From contig JACOVQ010000004.1 of the NCBI GenBank assembly GCA_016177225.1, forward strand, positions 3,328 to 67,327: a stretch of 64,000 nucleotides of DNA, given 5' to 3'. The translations under genes were made by a program, and so were the position numbers. Under the pieces are notes generated by a model that searched no databases, was not told the origin of the DNA, and worked only from the letters and a program-made list of their open reading frames with translations. This DNA is from Candidatus Zambryskiibacteriota bacterium. Lineage in GTDB: Bacteria; Patescibacteriota; Minisyncoccia; Phycocordibacterales; Zambryskibacteraceae. Positions 18,480-28,275 of the stretch are shown here, one piece after another (positions within the stretch are counted from its first letter, which is position 1; each line of letters starts with the position of its first letter).

Positions 18480-19306
18480 AATATATTTGGCCGTGCGCGA
18501 CAATATTCTTCATGGTGTTTCTCTGGCGAATATCTCCGCCAGTTTCCTATCCTCAAGGCTCCATTATTACCGTTTCTCCCGGCAGTCTTTATGAAATAGG
18601 AGAGGAATTAAAATCTTTTGGCGCGATACGTTCGCCGTTTTGGTTTAGAATTGCCGCTATCATTGTCGGCGGTGAGCGCAATATGAAAGCGGGCCAATAT
18701 AAACTGACTCGTCCACAAAATGTCTTTGTCGTCGCTTGGCGCGTCGCTCGAGGAGAACGTGACATCGAGACTGCCAAGATTACCATTCCGGAAGGTTTTA
18801 CCGTTTCGGAAATATCCTCGCTTTTTGACGCGCGATTTCAGTTATTCGACCGCCAATATTTTTTGACCCATGCTTCTGAAGGATATCTCTTTCCAGACAC
18901 ATATTTTATTCCCGTGACCGCCACAGCTTCATCGACCATTAAGCTTTTTACCGATAATTTTGACAGAAAAACTCTTGGTCTCCCGGTAACCAAGGAAGTG
19001 ATTGTCATGGCTTCTCTTCTTGAGAGTGAAGCTAAGACCGAAGAAGAAAGGAAATTAGCGAGTGGCATTTTATGGAAGCGCCTGAAGCTCGGCATGCCTT
19101 TACAGGTCGATTCGGCGATGAATACTTACGAGTTTCAAGGCTTGCCGGAGGCGCCGATTAATAATCCGGGACTTGTTTCCATCAATGCCGCTCTTAATCC
19201 CAAATCTTCTCCCTATTTATATTTCTTGACAGATAAGGAAGGGAAAATGCATTATGCAAGGACATTTGATGAACATAAAACAAACATCGCGAAGTATCTG
19301 CGATAA
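18476..19306 (+). CDS. mltG: endolytic murein transglycosylase MltG (YceG-like)
   Basis: N-terminal TM anchor, GLPEAPINNPG motif. Confidence 0.75.
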   Translation: MKYIWPCATIFFMVFLWRISPPVSYPQGSIITVSPGSLYEIGEELKSFGAIRSPFWFRIAAIIVGGERNMKAGQYKLTRPQNVFVVAWRVARGERDIETAKITIPEGFTVSEISSLFDARFQLFDRQYFLTHASEGYLFPDTYFIPVTATASSTIKLFTDNFDRKTLGLPVTKEVIVMASLLESEAKTEEERKLASGILWKRLKLGMPLQVDSAMNTYEFQGLPEAPINNPGLVSINAALNPKSSPYLYFLTDKEGKMHYARTFDEHKTNIAKYLR

Positions 19307-20336
19307 GCGCGTTTTTATCGGCTTATCCGGCGGGGTGGATTCTGCTGTTTCAGCAGGACTGCTGAAACAGCAGGGATACGATGTCACCGGAGTATTTATC
19401 AAAGTATGGCAGCCTGATTTTCTGCCGTGCAGTTGGAGAGATGAAAGGCGCGATGCCATGAGGGTGGCTATTGCGCTTAATATCCCGTTTTTATTTTTTG
19501 ATTTTGAAAAAGAATATAAAAAGGGCGTAGTGGATAAAATGATTAGCGAATATAAAGCCGGCCGCACGCCGAATCCAGATGTGCTCTGCAACAGAGAAAT
19601 TAAATTTGGCGCCTTTTGGAAGAAAGCAAAAGCAATGGGAGCCGATTACATAGCCACCGGACACTACTGGAGCGGAGAAAAAAACCAGTCGTATTTTCTT
19701 TGGACTCTGACTCCGGAAGATTTGTCTCACACGCTTTTCCCGGTTGGTAATATGGAAAAATCTGAAGTAAGAAAGCTCGCCAAGAAATTTAACTTGCCGG
19801 TGTCGGAGAAAAAAGACAGCCAAGGTGTCTGCTTTATTGGTGAAGTAACTATGGAAGAATTTTTATCGCACTTCATTGAAACCAAACCCGGTAAAGTACT
19901 CGATATTTCCGGCAAAGTCATCGGCACTCATCAAGGAGCGGTGCTTTATACCATAGGCGAAAGGCATGGCTTTGATATAGAAAAGAAAAATCCGGAGGCC
20001 GGAGCCTATTACACCGTCTCAAAAAATTTAAAAGCAAACACCATTACCGTATCCAATAGCCTTCAAGAAATATCGACTCTTTCTCCGACCAAAGTTTCTC
20101 TCACAAAAGTGAACTGGATTACAGAACCTAAAATACCAGAAGTTTTGGCTCAGATTAGATATCGCGGCGAAAAGATTCCAGTCACTCTCGCTCTTACCAG
20201 CAAAAAATTAACGGCGGAATTTCCAAAACCAATCAGGGGATTGTCTCTAGGCCAATCAATCGTTTTCTATGTGGATCTTGAGAATAATTATTCTCAATGC
20301 CTCGGCGGCGCCGTGATGGATAAAGTTCTGGAGTAA
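19269..20336 (+). CDS. mnmA: tRNA-specific 2-thiouridylase MnmA
   Basis: FIGLSGGVDSAVSA PP-loop; start moved to Met6 to limit overlap with mltG. Confidence 0.85.
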   Translation: MNIKQTSRSICDKRVFIGLSGGVDSAVSAGLLKQQGYDVTGVFIKVWQPDFLPCSWRDERRDAMRVAIALNIPFLFFDFEKEYKKGVVDKMISEYKAGRTPNPDVLCNREIKFGAFWKKAKAMGADYIATGHYWSGEKNQSYFLWTLTPEDLSHTLFPVGNMEKSEVRKLAKKFNLPVSEKKDSQGVCFIGEVTMEEFLSHFIETKPGKVLDISGKVIGTHQGAVLYTIGERHGFDIEKKNPEAGAYYTVSKNLKANTITVSNSLQEISTLSPTKVSLTKVNWITEPKIPEVLAQIRYRGEKIPVTLALTSKKLTAEFPKPIRGLSLGQSIVFYVDLENNYSQCLGGAVMDKVLE

Positions 20337-20350
20337 TCCACAGTATCTAG

Positions 20351-20378
20351 TTGTAACTACTTTATACTACGTTATAAT
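20351..20378 (+). promoter_or_regulatory. sigma70-like promoter TTGTAA-16nt-TATAAT, -10 embedded in the first 35-bp palindrome
   Basis: Read directly. Confidence 0.4.
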
Positions 20379-20403
20379 AATGCGGTCGCACATAATTAAC
20401 GTA
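20369..20403. repeat. 35-bp imperfect palindrome ACGTTATAATAATGCGGTCGCACATAATTAACGTA (operator-like), copy 1
   Basis: 29/35 identical to copy 2; ends ACGTTA/TAACGT are reverse complements. Confidence 0.7.
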
Positions 20404-20972
20404 TGGGTAATTTAGAACAAAGCAGCAAGAAAAGAAGCAAAAGAAAACATCTCCAACAGATGATTTTAAAAACTATAGCTGCCGCCGGCGTATTGGGTGT
20501 TGGATTATTGGCACCTAATGTTATAGGAACAATGGCAAAGCTTGGAATAATACCTAAGTTTAGGCAGAAAGAATATGTGTCGTCATCAGCCAGTAAGATG
20601 GCTAAAAAGGGATTAATAAAATTCAACGGCAAGTTCTACGAACTGACTGCTTTAGGAAAAGAAAAAATGCGGAGATGGGAATTCGCCGATTTCCAATTGA
20701 GAAAACCAAAGAAATGGGATAAAAAGTGGCGAGTAATGATTTTCGATATTCCGGAGAAGAAGAGAGTGGTGAGAAACGACTTAACAACACTTTTTAAAAA
20801 AGCTGGTATCAGGCGTCTTCAAAATAGCGTGTGGATATATCCGTATGATTGTGAAGACATTATCGCATTACTTAAAACGGATTTTGGTATTGGCAAAGAC
20901 TTACTGTATTTAATTGTAGACGAACTGGAAAATGACAAATATTTGCGAGAAGAGTTTGATCTAATCCATTAA
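20403..20972 (+). CDS. PaaX-like transcriptional regulator (basic N-terminus, wHTH, C-terminal PaaX-C/Cas2-like fold region)
   Basis: WRVMIFDIPEKKRVVRNDLTTLFKKAGIRRLQNSVWIYP matches the PaaX C-terminal pattern W..W.v.FDIPE..R..R..L...L...G...LQNSVW. Confidence 0.5.
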   Translation: MGNLEQSSKKRSKRKHLQQMILKTIAAAGVLGVGLLAPNVIGTMAKLGIIPKFRQKEYVSSSASKMAKKGLIKFNGKFYELTALGKEKMRRWEFADFQLRKPKKWDKKWRVMIFDIPEKKRVVRNDLTTLFKKAGIRRLQNSVWIYPYDCEDIIALLKTDFGIGKDLLYLIVDELENDKYLREEFDLIH

Positions 20973-20989
20973 GACGAATTATTTTCAAT

Positions 20990-21024
20990 ACGTTAAAATA
21001 ACGCGGTCGCGTAAAAGTAACGTA
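20990..21024. repeat. 35-bp imperfect palindrome ACGTTAAAATAACGCGGTCGCGTAAAAGTAACGTA, copy 2, upstream of the ATP-cone nuclease gene
   Basis: See copy 1. Confidence 0.7.
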
Positions 21025-21070
21025 GGTGTAAAATTGTTGTTTGTGTTTATACTATTGATATACTTAAAGA

Positions 21071-21769
21071 ATGACAGTGTCGGAACAAATAGTGATCCTT
21101 AAGGCCAATGGCAAGCGGGAGAGCTTTGAGCCTGAAAAATTGCGAGCATCGCTCATGCATTCCGGAGCGACGGAAGAGGCCGCTACAAATGTGCTAACTC
21201 ATCTCTTGCCGGAGTTGCATGATGATATGACAACGGAGGAAATTTATAAGCACGCTTTCTCGACTTTACAGCGGATGTCCAAGCCGATTGCCAGGAGCTA
21301 TTCTCTCCGCCGAGCGGTAATGAGCTTGGGACCGTCGGGATTTCCTTTTGAAGATTTTGTTGCCGAGGTTTTGAGAGTACAGGGCTTCGAATGCGCCACG
21401 AGGCAGGTGGTTTTGGGCGGATGTGTGCCGCACGAAGTGGACGTGGTGGCTTATAACGAGAAAAAATTGATTATGGTGGAAGCGAAGTTCCACAACGAGC
21501 TTGGAACCAAATCGGATTTGAAGGTGGCGCTCTATGTCAAGGCAAGGTTTGACGACCTTAAGGAAAATGTTTTTGACTACGGAGGCAAAGCGAGAGCTAT
21601 CACCGATGCCTGGCTTATCACCAATACTAAATTTTCGAGTACCGCCATCCACTACGGCGTCTGCAAGAACCTTACAATGATAGGCTGGAATTATCCGGAG
21701 AGAGGCAACCTTCAAGATATGATTGAGAACAGTCCGGCATTATTGAAGAGAATTTATGGAGAAAGATGA
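21071..21769 (+). CDS. ATP-cone domain fused to a PD-(D/E)xK (Mrr-cat-like) nuclease domain
   Basis: N-terminus IVILKANGKRESFEPEKLRASL (ATP-cone); C-terminus HEVDVVAY...LIMVEAKF (D..(E)xK nuclease motif). Confidence 0.55.
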   Translation: MTVSEQIVILKANGKRESFEPEKLRASLMHSGATEEAATNVLTHLLPELHDDMTTEEIYKHAFSTLQRMSKPIARSYSLRRAVMSLGPSGFPFEDFVAEVLRVQGFECATRQVVLGGCVPHEVDVVAYNEKKLIMVEAKFHNELGTKSDLKVALYVKARFDDLKENVFDYGGKARAITDAWLITNTKFSSTAIHYGVCKNLTMIGWNYPERGNLQDMIENSPALLKRIYGER

Positions 21770-22337
21770 AGCTTTAAGACAGATTAAAAATGAGGTGGTC
21801 GCTCTCTCCGTCTCTCCGCTTTATGCCGAGCGGGTAAAACATAAATACTTCCCGGTAATAGGAGAGGGAAATCATAATGCCGAAGTTATGTTTATCGGCG
21901 AAGCGCCGGGCGAGAACGAAGCAAAGACCGGCAGGCCGTTTTGCGGGCGGGCGGGCAAGGTGCTCGACATGCTTTTAGAGTTTGTCGGTATTGCGCGCAA
22001 GGATGTCTATGTGACTAACATCGTCAAAGACCGCCCGCCCGCCAATCGCGACCCCAGCCCTGAAGAAATTGAAATTTACGCGCCGTTTCTTGACCGGCAG
22101 ATTGAGATTATTAAGCCCAAAGCGGTGGCTACGCTCGGGCGATTCTCCATGGTATACGTCATGAACCACTACGGTCTCGAGTGGGAAGTGGGACCAATAA
22201 GCGTTTTGCACGGACAAATCTTTCAAACTTCTAACTTCAAACTTATACCCTTGTACCATCCCGCCGCCGCCATTTACAACCAGCATCTCCTGGATACTCT
22301 GAAGGAGGATTTCAAAATATTAAAAACTCTGATTTAA
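21756..22337 (+). CDS. uracil-DNA glycosylase, family 4
   Basis: GEAPGENEAKTGRPFCGRAGKVL motif. Confidence 0.8.
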   Translation: MEKDEALRQIKNEVVALSVSPLYAERVKHKYFPVIGEGNHNAEVMFIGEAPGENEAKTGRPFCGRAGKVLDMLLEFVGIARKDVYVTNIVKDRPPANRDPSPEEIEIYAPFLDRQIEIIKPKAVATLGRFSMVYVMNHYGLEWEVGPISVLHGQIFQTSNFKLIPLYHPAAAIYNQHLLDTLKEDFKILKTLI

Positions 22338-22346
22338 TAGTAGCTC

Positions 22347-23489
22347 ATGAAGTCGGAAGAAATCAGAAGCAAATTCCTAGAGTTTTTCCAAAAGCGCGGG
22401 CATGTCATCGTTCCCTCATCTTCTGTCGTGCCTGATAAGAACGATTTATCCGTGCTGTTTACAACAGCTGGCATGCAGCAATTCAAGCCGTTTTACTTGA
22501 GAGAAAAATCGCCTTATGGCAGTAATGTGGCCTCATCCCAAAAGTGTGTGCGTACTTCCGATATCGAAGAAGTGGGGGATGAAAGACATCTGACATTTTT
22601 TGAAATGCTTGGAAACTTTTCTTTCGGCGGATACTGGAAAAAAGAAGCGATTTCCTACGCGCACGAATTTATAACAAAAGAGATGGGCCTATCAATAGAT
22701 TATGTCACTATTTTTGAAGGCGATAGCGAAGTTTTCGAAGATAAGGAATCTGTAAACATTTGGAAAGCGATTGACCCGAATTTAACGATAAAGAAATTTG
22801 GCCGTGAAGATAACTTCTGGGGTCCTACGGGCGAGTCCGGCCCATGCGGCCCAACAACGGAAATTTATGTCAACGGCATCGAAATCTGGAACATCGTGTT
22901 CAATGAATATTTTAAAAATGTCGAGGGAAAGTTTGAGAAGCTCAAACAGACAGGCATTGATACCGGCATGGGTCTGGAGCGCCTGACTATGGCGCTCCAG
23001 AAGAAAGAAACCGTTTTCGAAACCGATTTGTTCAAATCTACTATGCAAGTGGCCAATTCAAGCATTATTGCCGACCATATCCGTACCTCCGTGTTCATGA
23101 TTGCCGACGGCGTTTTGCCGTCCAACACCGACCGCGGCTATGTGTTGAGAAGGCTTTTGCGGCGCGCATATATACATGCGCGCAAACTTAAAATTGAAAC
23201 CGAAACCTTGAATGCTGTGATTGGAAAGGTAGTGGAACATCCAAGCTATAAGGGTCTCTATGCTTTCGCGGAAAATACGAAAGAAATAGTAATGAATGAA
23301 ATCGAGAAGTTTAAAAAAACGCTCGAGACCGGATTAAAACAAGTTAAAGCAGACCGAGACCCGTTTACTCTTTTTACGAGCTTTGGTTTGCCGCTTGAAA
23401 TTATTAAAGAAGTAGTGCCAAACGTCGATGAAGATAAGTTTAAGAAACAAATGGAAGAGCATAGAAAACTTTCCAGTAGTAGTTTATAA
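22347..23489 (+). CDS. alaS: alanine--tRNA ligase, N-terminal catalytic fragment only (380 aa)
   Basis: MKSEEIRSKFLEFFQKRGHVIVPSSSVVP...TTAGMQQFKP canonical AlaRS N-terminus; ORF ends before the editing and C-Ala domains. Confidence 0.8.
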   Translation: MKSEEIRSKFLEFFQKRGHVIVPSSSVVPDKNDLSVLFTTAGMQQFKPFYLREKSPYGSNVASSQKCVRTSDIEEVGDERHLTFFEMLGNFSFGGYWKKEAISYAHEFITKEMGLSIDYVTIFEGDSEVFEDKESVNIWKAIDPNLTIKKFGREDNFWGPTGESGPCGPTTEIYVNGIEIWNIVFNEYFKNVEGKFEKLKQTGIDTGMGLERLTMALQKKETVFETDLFKSTMQVANSSIIADHIRTSVFMIADGVLPSNTDRGYVLRRLLRRAYIHARKLKIETETLNAVIGKVVEHPSYKGLYAFAENTKEIVMNEIEKFKKTLETGLKQVKADRDPFTLFTSFGLPLEIIKEVVPNVDEDKFKKQMEEHRKLSSSSL

Positions 23490-23496
23490 TTCCTTT

Positions 23497-24732
23497 ATGC
23501 CGAAGCACATCGAAGACATAATCATTCCTCTAAAGAGAAAAACTATCAGAGACATTCCTATTCCCAGTAATCGTAAAAAATCTGAGCACTTTGCGACTGC
23601 TCCGTCTGAAGAAAGAAAGATAAAACATCACTCAAAAAAAAAGTTATGGGTTGCTTCTGGCGTCGTCTTATTACTGTTAATCTTTGGCGCATTAGCAGTA
23701 TTTGACGGGGCAACCCTCGCTTATGTGCCCAAATCCGCCAATCTCTCTTTCAAAGGCGATGTTTATACGGCAAGGCGCACGGGAGAAAATCTTTCATACA
23801 GCATAGTCAAACTTTCCAAAGATAAAGAGAAGAGCGTGCCTGCTTCCGGCACGGAAGAAGTAAAACGTAAAGCCTCCGGTACCATTGTGGTGTATAACTC
23901 CGCAAGCGCGCCGCAGAAATTGATAGAGAATACGCGCTTCCAAACGTCGGAAGGGAAGGTTTATCGCATCAAAGACGCGGTAATTGTTCCCGCCAACGGT
24001 TTCATGGAAGCGCTCGCGTATGCCGATGAGGCAGGAGATAGTTATAACGTCGGTTTGTCAGACTTTACTCTGCCCGGGCTTGCCGGCACTTCGAAATTTA
24101 AAGACGTTTACGGCCGTTCCAAGACGCCGATGGCCGGCGGGTTTATAGGCAAGGAAGCGGTAGTAAAGAATGAAGATAAAGCCAAAGCCACCTCAGAGCT
24201 TGAAGCGGCTCTTCGCGAGGAACTCCTGGCCGAAGCGAAAGCCCAAGTGCCTGATGGATTCAGTATGTTTCCGAATCTTGTTGCCGTAAACTTTGAGACC
24301 TTGCCGTCGACGGCTTTGTCTGGCGCCAATGCTGTCATTAAAGTTAAGGGCGATTTTGCCGGCATGATGTTTAAGAAAAGCGATTTATCAAATCAATTGG
24401 CTAACAGTAAGATAAAAATTGCCAGTGGAGAATTGGTGGATATAATGCCGCTTGAGTCTCTCGAAGTATCTTTTGCCGGTAATGCTCCAAAGGACCTTAT
24501 ATCAATGAATGAAATCAACCTTTCCGTGACTGGCGACACTACGGCCGTATGGCGCACCAATGAGACCGCTCTCAAAACAGACTTAGCCGGCCGCAGTAAG
24601 CGCGACATTCCGGCGATATTGAATAATTATCCCGCCGTTGTTTCGGCTACGGCCACCGTCAGACCGTTTTGGAAAAATAGTTTTCCTCTCAACTCCGCCA
24701 AAATTACGATAAAGAAAAATGCTCCAAAATAA
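23497..24732 (+). CDS. membrane-anchored hypothetical protein
   Basis: Single N-terminal TM; start set at Met24 after the alaS stop. Confidence 0.45.
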   Translation: MPKHIEDIIIPLKRKTIRDIPIPSNRKKSEHFATAPSEERKIKHHSKKKLWVASGVVLLLLIFGALAVFDGATLAYVPKSANLSFKGDVYTARRTGENLSYSIVKLSKDKEKSVPASGTEEVKRKASGTIVVYNSASAPQKLIENTRFQTSEGKVYRIKDAVIVPANGFMEALAYADEAGDSYNVGLSDFTLPGLAGTSKFKDVYGRSKTPMAGGFIGKEAVVKNEDKAKATSELEAALREELLAEAKAQVPDGFSMFPNLVAVNFETLPSTALSGANAVIKVKGDFAGMMFKKSDLSNQLANSKIKIASGELVDIMPLESLEVSFAGNAPKDLISMNEINLSVTGDTTAVWRTNETALKTDLAGRSKRDIPAILNNYPAVVSATATVRPFWKNSFPLNSAKITIKKNAPK

Positions 24733-24940
24733 ATCGAGCGAATTAGAGAGAACCGGCATAGTAATAGAATCTTTGCCAAACATTATGTTTCGAGTTCGAT
24801 TAGACGAAGGAGGCGAAGAAATCCTATCATACTTATCCGGCAAGATGAGATTGCATCGAATAAGAGTTCTAGTAGGTGACAAAGTACTTTTAGAGCTTGA
24901 GCCGTACGGCGGCAAAGCGCGCATAACTAAGCGTCTATAG
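24719..24940 (+). CDS. infA: translation initiation factor IF-1
   Basis: [14 protein letters not shown]...GKMR..RIRVL.GDKV.LELEPY. Confidence 0.85.
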   Translation: MLQNKSSELERTGIVIESLPNIMFRVRLDEGGEEILSYLSGKMRLHRIRVLVGDKVLLELEPYGGKARITKRL

Positions 24941-24977
24941 ACAGAAAAAGAGCTTCGGGTTACAATGCAGACTCTCA

Positions 24978-25094
24978 ATGAAAGTGAAGGCGTCGGTCAG
25001 GAAAATATGTGCAAAGTGCCAAATAGTCCGTAGAAAGGGCTATGTTTATGTCATTTGTAAAGCCAACCCGCGCCATAAGCAGAGACAAGGTTAA
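24978..25094 (+). CDS. rpmJ: 50S ribosomal protein L36 (not in the ORF track, 38 aa)
   Basis: [38 protein letters not shown]. Confidence 0.8.
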   Translation: MKVKASVRKICAKCQIVRRKGYVYVICKANPRHKQRQG

Positions 25095-25472
25095 ATGAGA
25101 ATACTCGGAATTACCATCCCAGATGAAAAACGTCTTGAAATCGGCCTAACGGTTCTCTTCGGCGTCGGCCGTTCTCAGGCCGCCAGAATTATGAAAGAAG
25201 CAGGCGTTCCTATGGACAAAAAGTCCAAAGACGTAAGCGTCGAGGAAGAAAATAAGATTCGCGTCGAAATTGAAAAGATGACCCTCGAAGGAGACCTTAA
25301 GAGAGAAGTGGTCGGAAATATCAAAAGACTCAAAGATATTCAATCTTATAGAGGAATAAGACATTCAAGAAATCTTCCGGTAAGAGGTCAGCGTACCAAG
25401 ACTAACGCTCGCACTAAAAGAGGCGCCAGAAAGACCATGGGTACAGGACGCAAAGTAGCAGAGAAGAAGTAA
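25095..25472 (+). CDS. rpsM: 30S ribosomal protein S13
   Basis: MRILGITIP...GVGRSQA...IQSYRGIRH. Confidence 0.9.
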   Translation: MRILGITIPDEKRLEIGLTVLFGVGRSQAARIMKEAGVPMDKKSKDVSVEEENKIRVEIEKMTLEGDLKREVVGNIKRLKDIQSYRGIRHSRNLPVRGQRTKTNARTKRGARKTMGTGRKVAEKK

Positions 25473-25497
25473 TTCAATGAACTCACTATAAATAATT

Positions 25498-25935
25498 ATG
25501 GGTAAGAAAAAAATCGCCACAACTACAGAGGAAACTATTAAAGATACGGCTGATGCGTCGCCGGCTCCATCTAAATCCTCAAAGAGGCAAGTGGTGAGTG
25601 GCGCTCTGTACATTGAATCCACGTATAACAACACCAAACTCACTCTGACGGATAGTAAAAATAATGTTTTAGCTTGGTCGTCGAGCGGTGCTCTTGGATT
25701 CAAGGGCGCCAAGAAAGGCACTCCTTTTGCAGCCGCCAAAGTGGGCGAGACTCTCGCGGCCAAAGCTCAGACCTTGGGAGTAAAAGAAGTGAGAGTAGTA
25801 GTCAAAGGAGTCGGGTCCGGCAGAGACTCCGCTGTCAGAGGCTTTATCTCGAAGGGCATCAATTTAACTACTATCCAAGACAAGACCCCGGTACCGCATA
25901 ATGGGCCAAAACCGCCTAAACCCCGCAGAACTTAA
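25498..25935 (+). CDS. rpsK: 30S ribosomal protein S11
   Basis: Sequence pattern of S11 (LAWSSSGALGFKGAKKGTPFAA). Confidence 0.9.
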   Translation: MGKKKIATTTEETIKDTADASPAPSKSSKRQVVSGALYIESTYNNTKLTLTDSKNNVLAWSSSGALGFKGAKKGTPFAAAKVGETLAAKAQTLGVKEVRVVVKGVGSGRDSAVRGFISKGINLTTIQDKTPVPHNGPKPPKPRRT

Positions 25936-25962
25936 TTCGATGAAATTCGTAAAATTCGTATC

Positions 25963-26568
25963 ATGAGAATAGGACCAAAATACAAAATTGCGCGGCGTCT
26001 CGGAGCTCCGGTATTTGAAAAAACTCAAACTCCTAAATACGTTTTGTCGCTTGCTCGCAAGGAAAAATCCGGCACCGGCCGCAGTAAACCAAAGTCGGAA
26101 TTTGGGCGCGAATTGACCGAGAAGCAAAAAGCCAAATTCACCTACGGCTTAAATGAGAGACAATTCCGAGTCTATGTTGATAAAGCGGCGAGAACCAAAG
26201 ACCCGGTCCAGAAATTATTTGCCATTCTCGAAAGCCGTTTAGATAATATTCTTTTCCGCTCCGGTCTTGCTAAAACTCGCTCCGCCGCAAGGCAGATGGC
26301 AAGCCACGGACACATTCTCATCAATAATAAGCGAGTAACTATTCCTTCCATCATCTTGCGGGAGGGAAATGTGGTAAGTATTCGCGCCAGCTCTGCTTCA
26401 AGCAATCTCTTCAGCGAAGCTGAAGAAAGAATGAAAACGCTTGCCGCGCCAGCCTGGCTTAAAATCGAACCGAAAGAGAAGACAGTGGCTGTAACGGGCA
26501 TGCCAGTCTATAATAGCACTGAAAATCTATTTGATTTAGGCATAGTCATTGAATTCTACAATAGATAG
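25963..26568 (+). CDS. rpsD: 30S ribosomal protein S4
   Basis: MRIGPKYKIARRLG... Confidence 0.9.
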   Translation: MRIGPKYKIARRLGAPVFEKTQTPKYVLSLARKEKSGTGRSKPKSEFGRELTEKQKAKFTYGLNERQFRVYVDKAARTKDPVQKLFAILESRLDNILFRSGLAKTRSAARQMASHGHILINNKRVTIPSIILREGNVVSIRASSASSNLFSEAEERMKTLAAPAWLKIEPKEKTVAVTGMPVYNSTENLFDLGIVIEFYNR

Positions 26569-26608
26569 TGGTATAATTAATTGTCAATTTTTCAAAAAAA
26601 AATTTATT

Positions 26609-27580
26609 ATGGCTGATTACACGATACTTTTACCTTCCAAACCTCGGGTTATTTCAGAAGAGGGAGAGAGCGGAGTTTTTGAAATAGACGGGCTTTATCC
26701 GGGCTACGGACACACTTTAGGCAATAGCCTCAGGCGCATTATTTTGTCGTCTTTGCCCGGCGTGGCTATTACCTCGGTTAAAATTACCGGAGTCTCTCAT
26801 GAATTCTCTGTTATCGACGGAGTTAAGGAAGATGTGATTACCATTCTTCTTAATCTTAAGAAAATCAGAATGCGCATCACGGGCGATGAACCGCAGATCA
26901 TCTATCTAAAGGCGAAAGGCGAAAAGTTAGCCAAAGCTTCCGACCTTGAGGTTGGAGGCCAAGTTGAAGTTCTCACTCCGCATGCTCCCATTGCCACTCT
27001 TACTTCTAAAAGTGCCGTGCTTGAAATGGAAATCAAGGCCGAAAAGGGCCTTGGTTTTATGCCGAAGGAAATGATAGACAAATCTCGCGTGGATATCGGC
27101 ACCATTGCTCTTGACGGCATCTTTACCCCCATCCGCCGTGTTTCCTACGAAGTTGAGCACATGCGCGTCGGTGATAGAACCGACTTCAATAAATTAAGAA
27201 TTTTTATCGAGACAGACGGCACGATAGCGCCGTCTGTCGCTCTATCGAGCGCCATCGAGATTATGATAAATCAACTCAAAGCCATCGTTGGCTTCAAAGA
27301 GGAAGAACCTGTCGCTTCTAATTATGGTTCCGGCGAAGTGGTTTCTGGCGCAAGTTCTGTTTCCAAGCCTGATGTCGACCCGGAAGTATTGAAGACTCGC
27401 GTTGAGTCTCTTGACATCGGCGCTCGTACTCAGAATGCGCTTTCTGTTGCCAATATCCGCACCGTAGGAGGATTGGCTCGTAAGAAAGAAAAAGACCTTC
27501 TGGAAATTGAAGGATTGGGAATGAAAGGCATTCAGGAAATTAAAAAAGCTCTTGGAGAATTCGGTATAACACTTAAATGA
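26609..27580 (+). CDS. rpoA: DNA-directed RNA polymerase subunit alpha
   Basis: [20 protein letters not shown]; start at MADYT. Confidence 0.9.
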   Translation: MADYTILLPSKPRVISEEGESGVFEIDGLYPGYGHTLGNSLRRIILSSLPGVAITSVKITGVSHEFSVIDGVKEDVITILLNLKKIRMRITGDEPQIIYLKAKGEKLAKASDLEVGGQVEVLTPHAPIATLTSKSAVLEMEIKAEKGLGFMPKEMIDKSRVDIGTIALDGIFTPIRRVSYEVEHMRVGDRTDFNKLRIFIETDGTIAPSVALSSAIEIMINQLKAIVGFKEEEPVASNYGSGEVVSGASSVSKPDVDPEVLKTRVESLDIGARTQNALSVANIRTVGGLARKKEKDLLEIEGLGMKGIQEIKKALGEFGITLK

Positions 27581-27933
27581 GAAAATTCGGAAGAGAGAAA
27601 AATCAGAGGAATGCCCTCATGAAATCTTTAGCGCACAATCTTGCGTTGAAGGGCAAGATTAAAACTACCGAGGCCAAGGCTAAAGAACTGCGTCCTTTTA
27701 TCGAAAAGCTTGTGACTTTGGGTAAGAAAGCAACTCCTGAAAACGCTGCCCCGCAGCGTTTGTCAGCCCGCCGTCTGCTCGAAGCTCGCGTAGGTAAAAT
27801 GGCCGCTAAAAAAATTGCGCTGGAATTGTCGAAAGACTATAAAGAAAGGACTGGAGGCTATACGAGAATCACTAAGCTTGTGCCGAGAAAGAGCGATGGC
27901 GCCAAAATGGCAGTTATCGAATTTGTAAAATAA
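27577..27933 (+). CDS. rplQ: 50S ribosomal protein L17
   Basis: Sequence pattern and position after rpoA. Confidence 0.9.
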   Translation: MRKFGREKNQRNALMKSLAHNLALKGKIKTTEAKAKELRPFIEKLVTLGKKATPENAAPQRLSARRLLEARVGKMAAKKIALELSKDYKERTGGYTRITKLVPRKSDGAKMAVIEFVK

Positions 27934-28274
27934 TGAAATACACCATAGATGCCAAGAATAAAGTGCCTGGGAGGATAGCTACCGAAGTGGCCGTATTGCT
28001 TATGGGCAAGAATCGCACCGACTTTGCTCGCAATCGTATTCCGAAAGTTGAAGTGGAGGTATTGAACTCTGATTCAATGAAGCTCGATGCTAAAAAGCTT
28101 AAAGCTAAGAAGTATTACAGCCACTCCGGCTATCCGGGAAGCTTAAAAATTCGTTCACAAGAGCAAATTGTTCGGACTAAAGGAGCCGGAGAGGTATTGC
28201 GCCGTGCGGTTTACGGTATGTTGCCAAAGAATAAACTTCGTTCCCGTATGATGAAAAATTTGAAAATAAAATAA
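27933..28274 (+). CDS. rplM: 50S ribosomal protein L13
   Basis: Sequence pattern; precedes rpsI as usual. Confidence 0.85.
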   Translation: MKYTIDAKNKVPGRIATEVAVLLMGKNRTDFARNRIPKVEVEVLNSDSMKLDAKKLKAKKYYSHSGYPGSLKIRSQEQIVRTKGAGEVLRRAVYGMLPKNKLRSRMMKNLKIK

Positions 28275-28275
28275 A

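Noticed and set aside
20369-21024. Possible CRISPR repeats / Cas2 gene (35-bp repeated elements, Cas2-like motif in the 189-aa protein)
   Set aside because: Only two repeat copies, which are palindromic and separated by a whole gene rather than by short spacers. There is no cas1 or other cas gene. The protein matches the PaaX-C pattern with an N-terminal wHTH better than a stand-alone Cas2.
22347-23489. Calling alaS a pseudogene
   Set aside because: Catalytic core is intact with a clean stop and a downstream gene start. A split or stand-alone catalytic AlaRS is equally plausible and cannot be distinguished without the rest of the genome.
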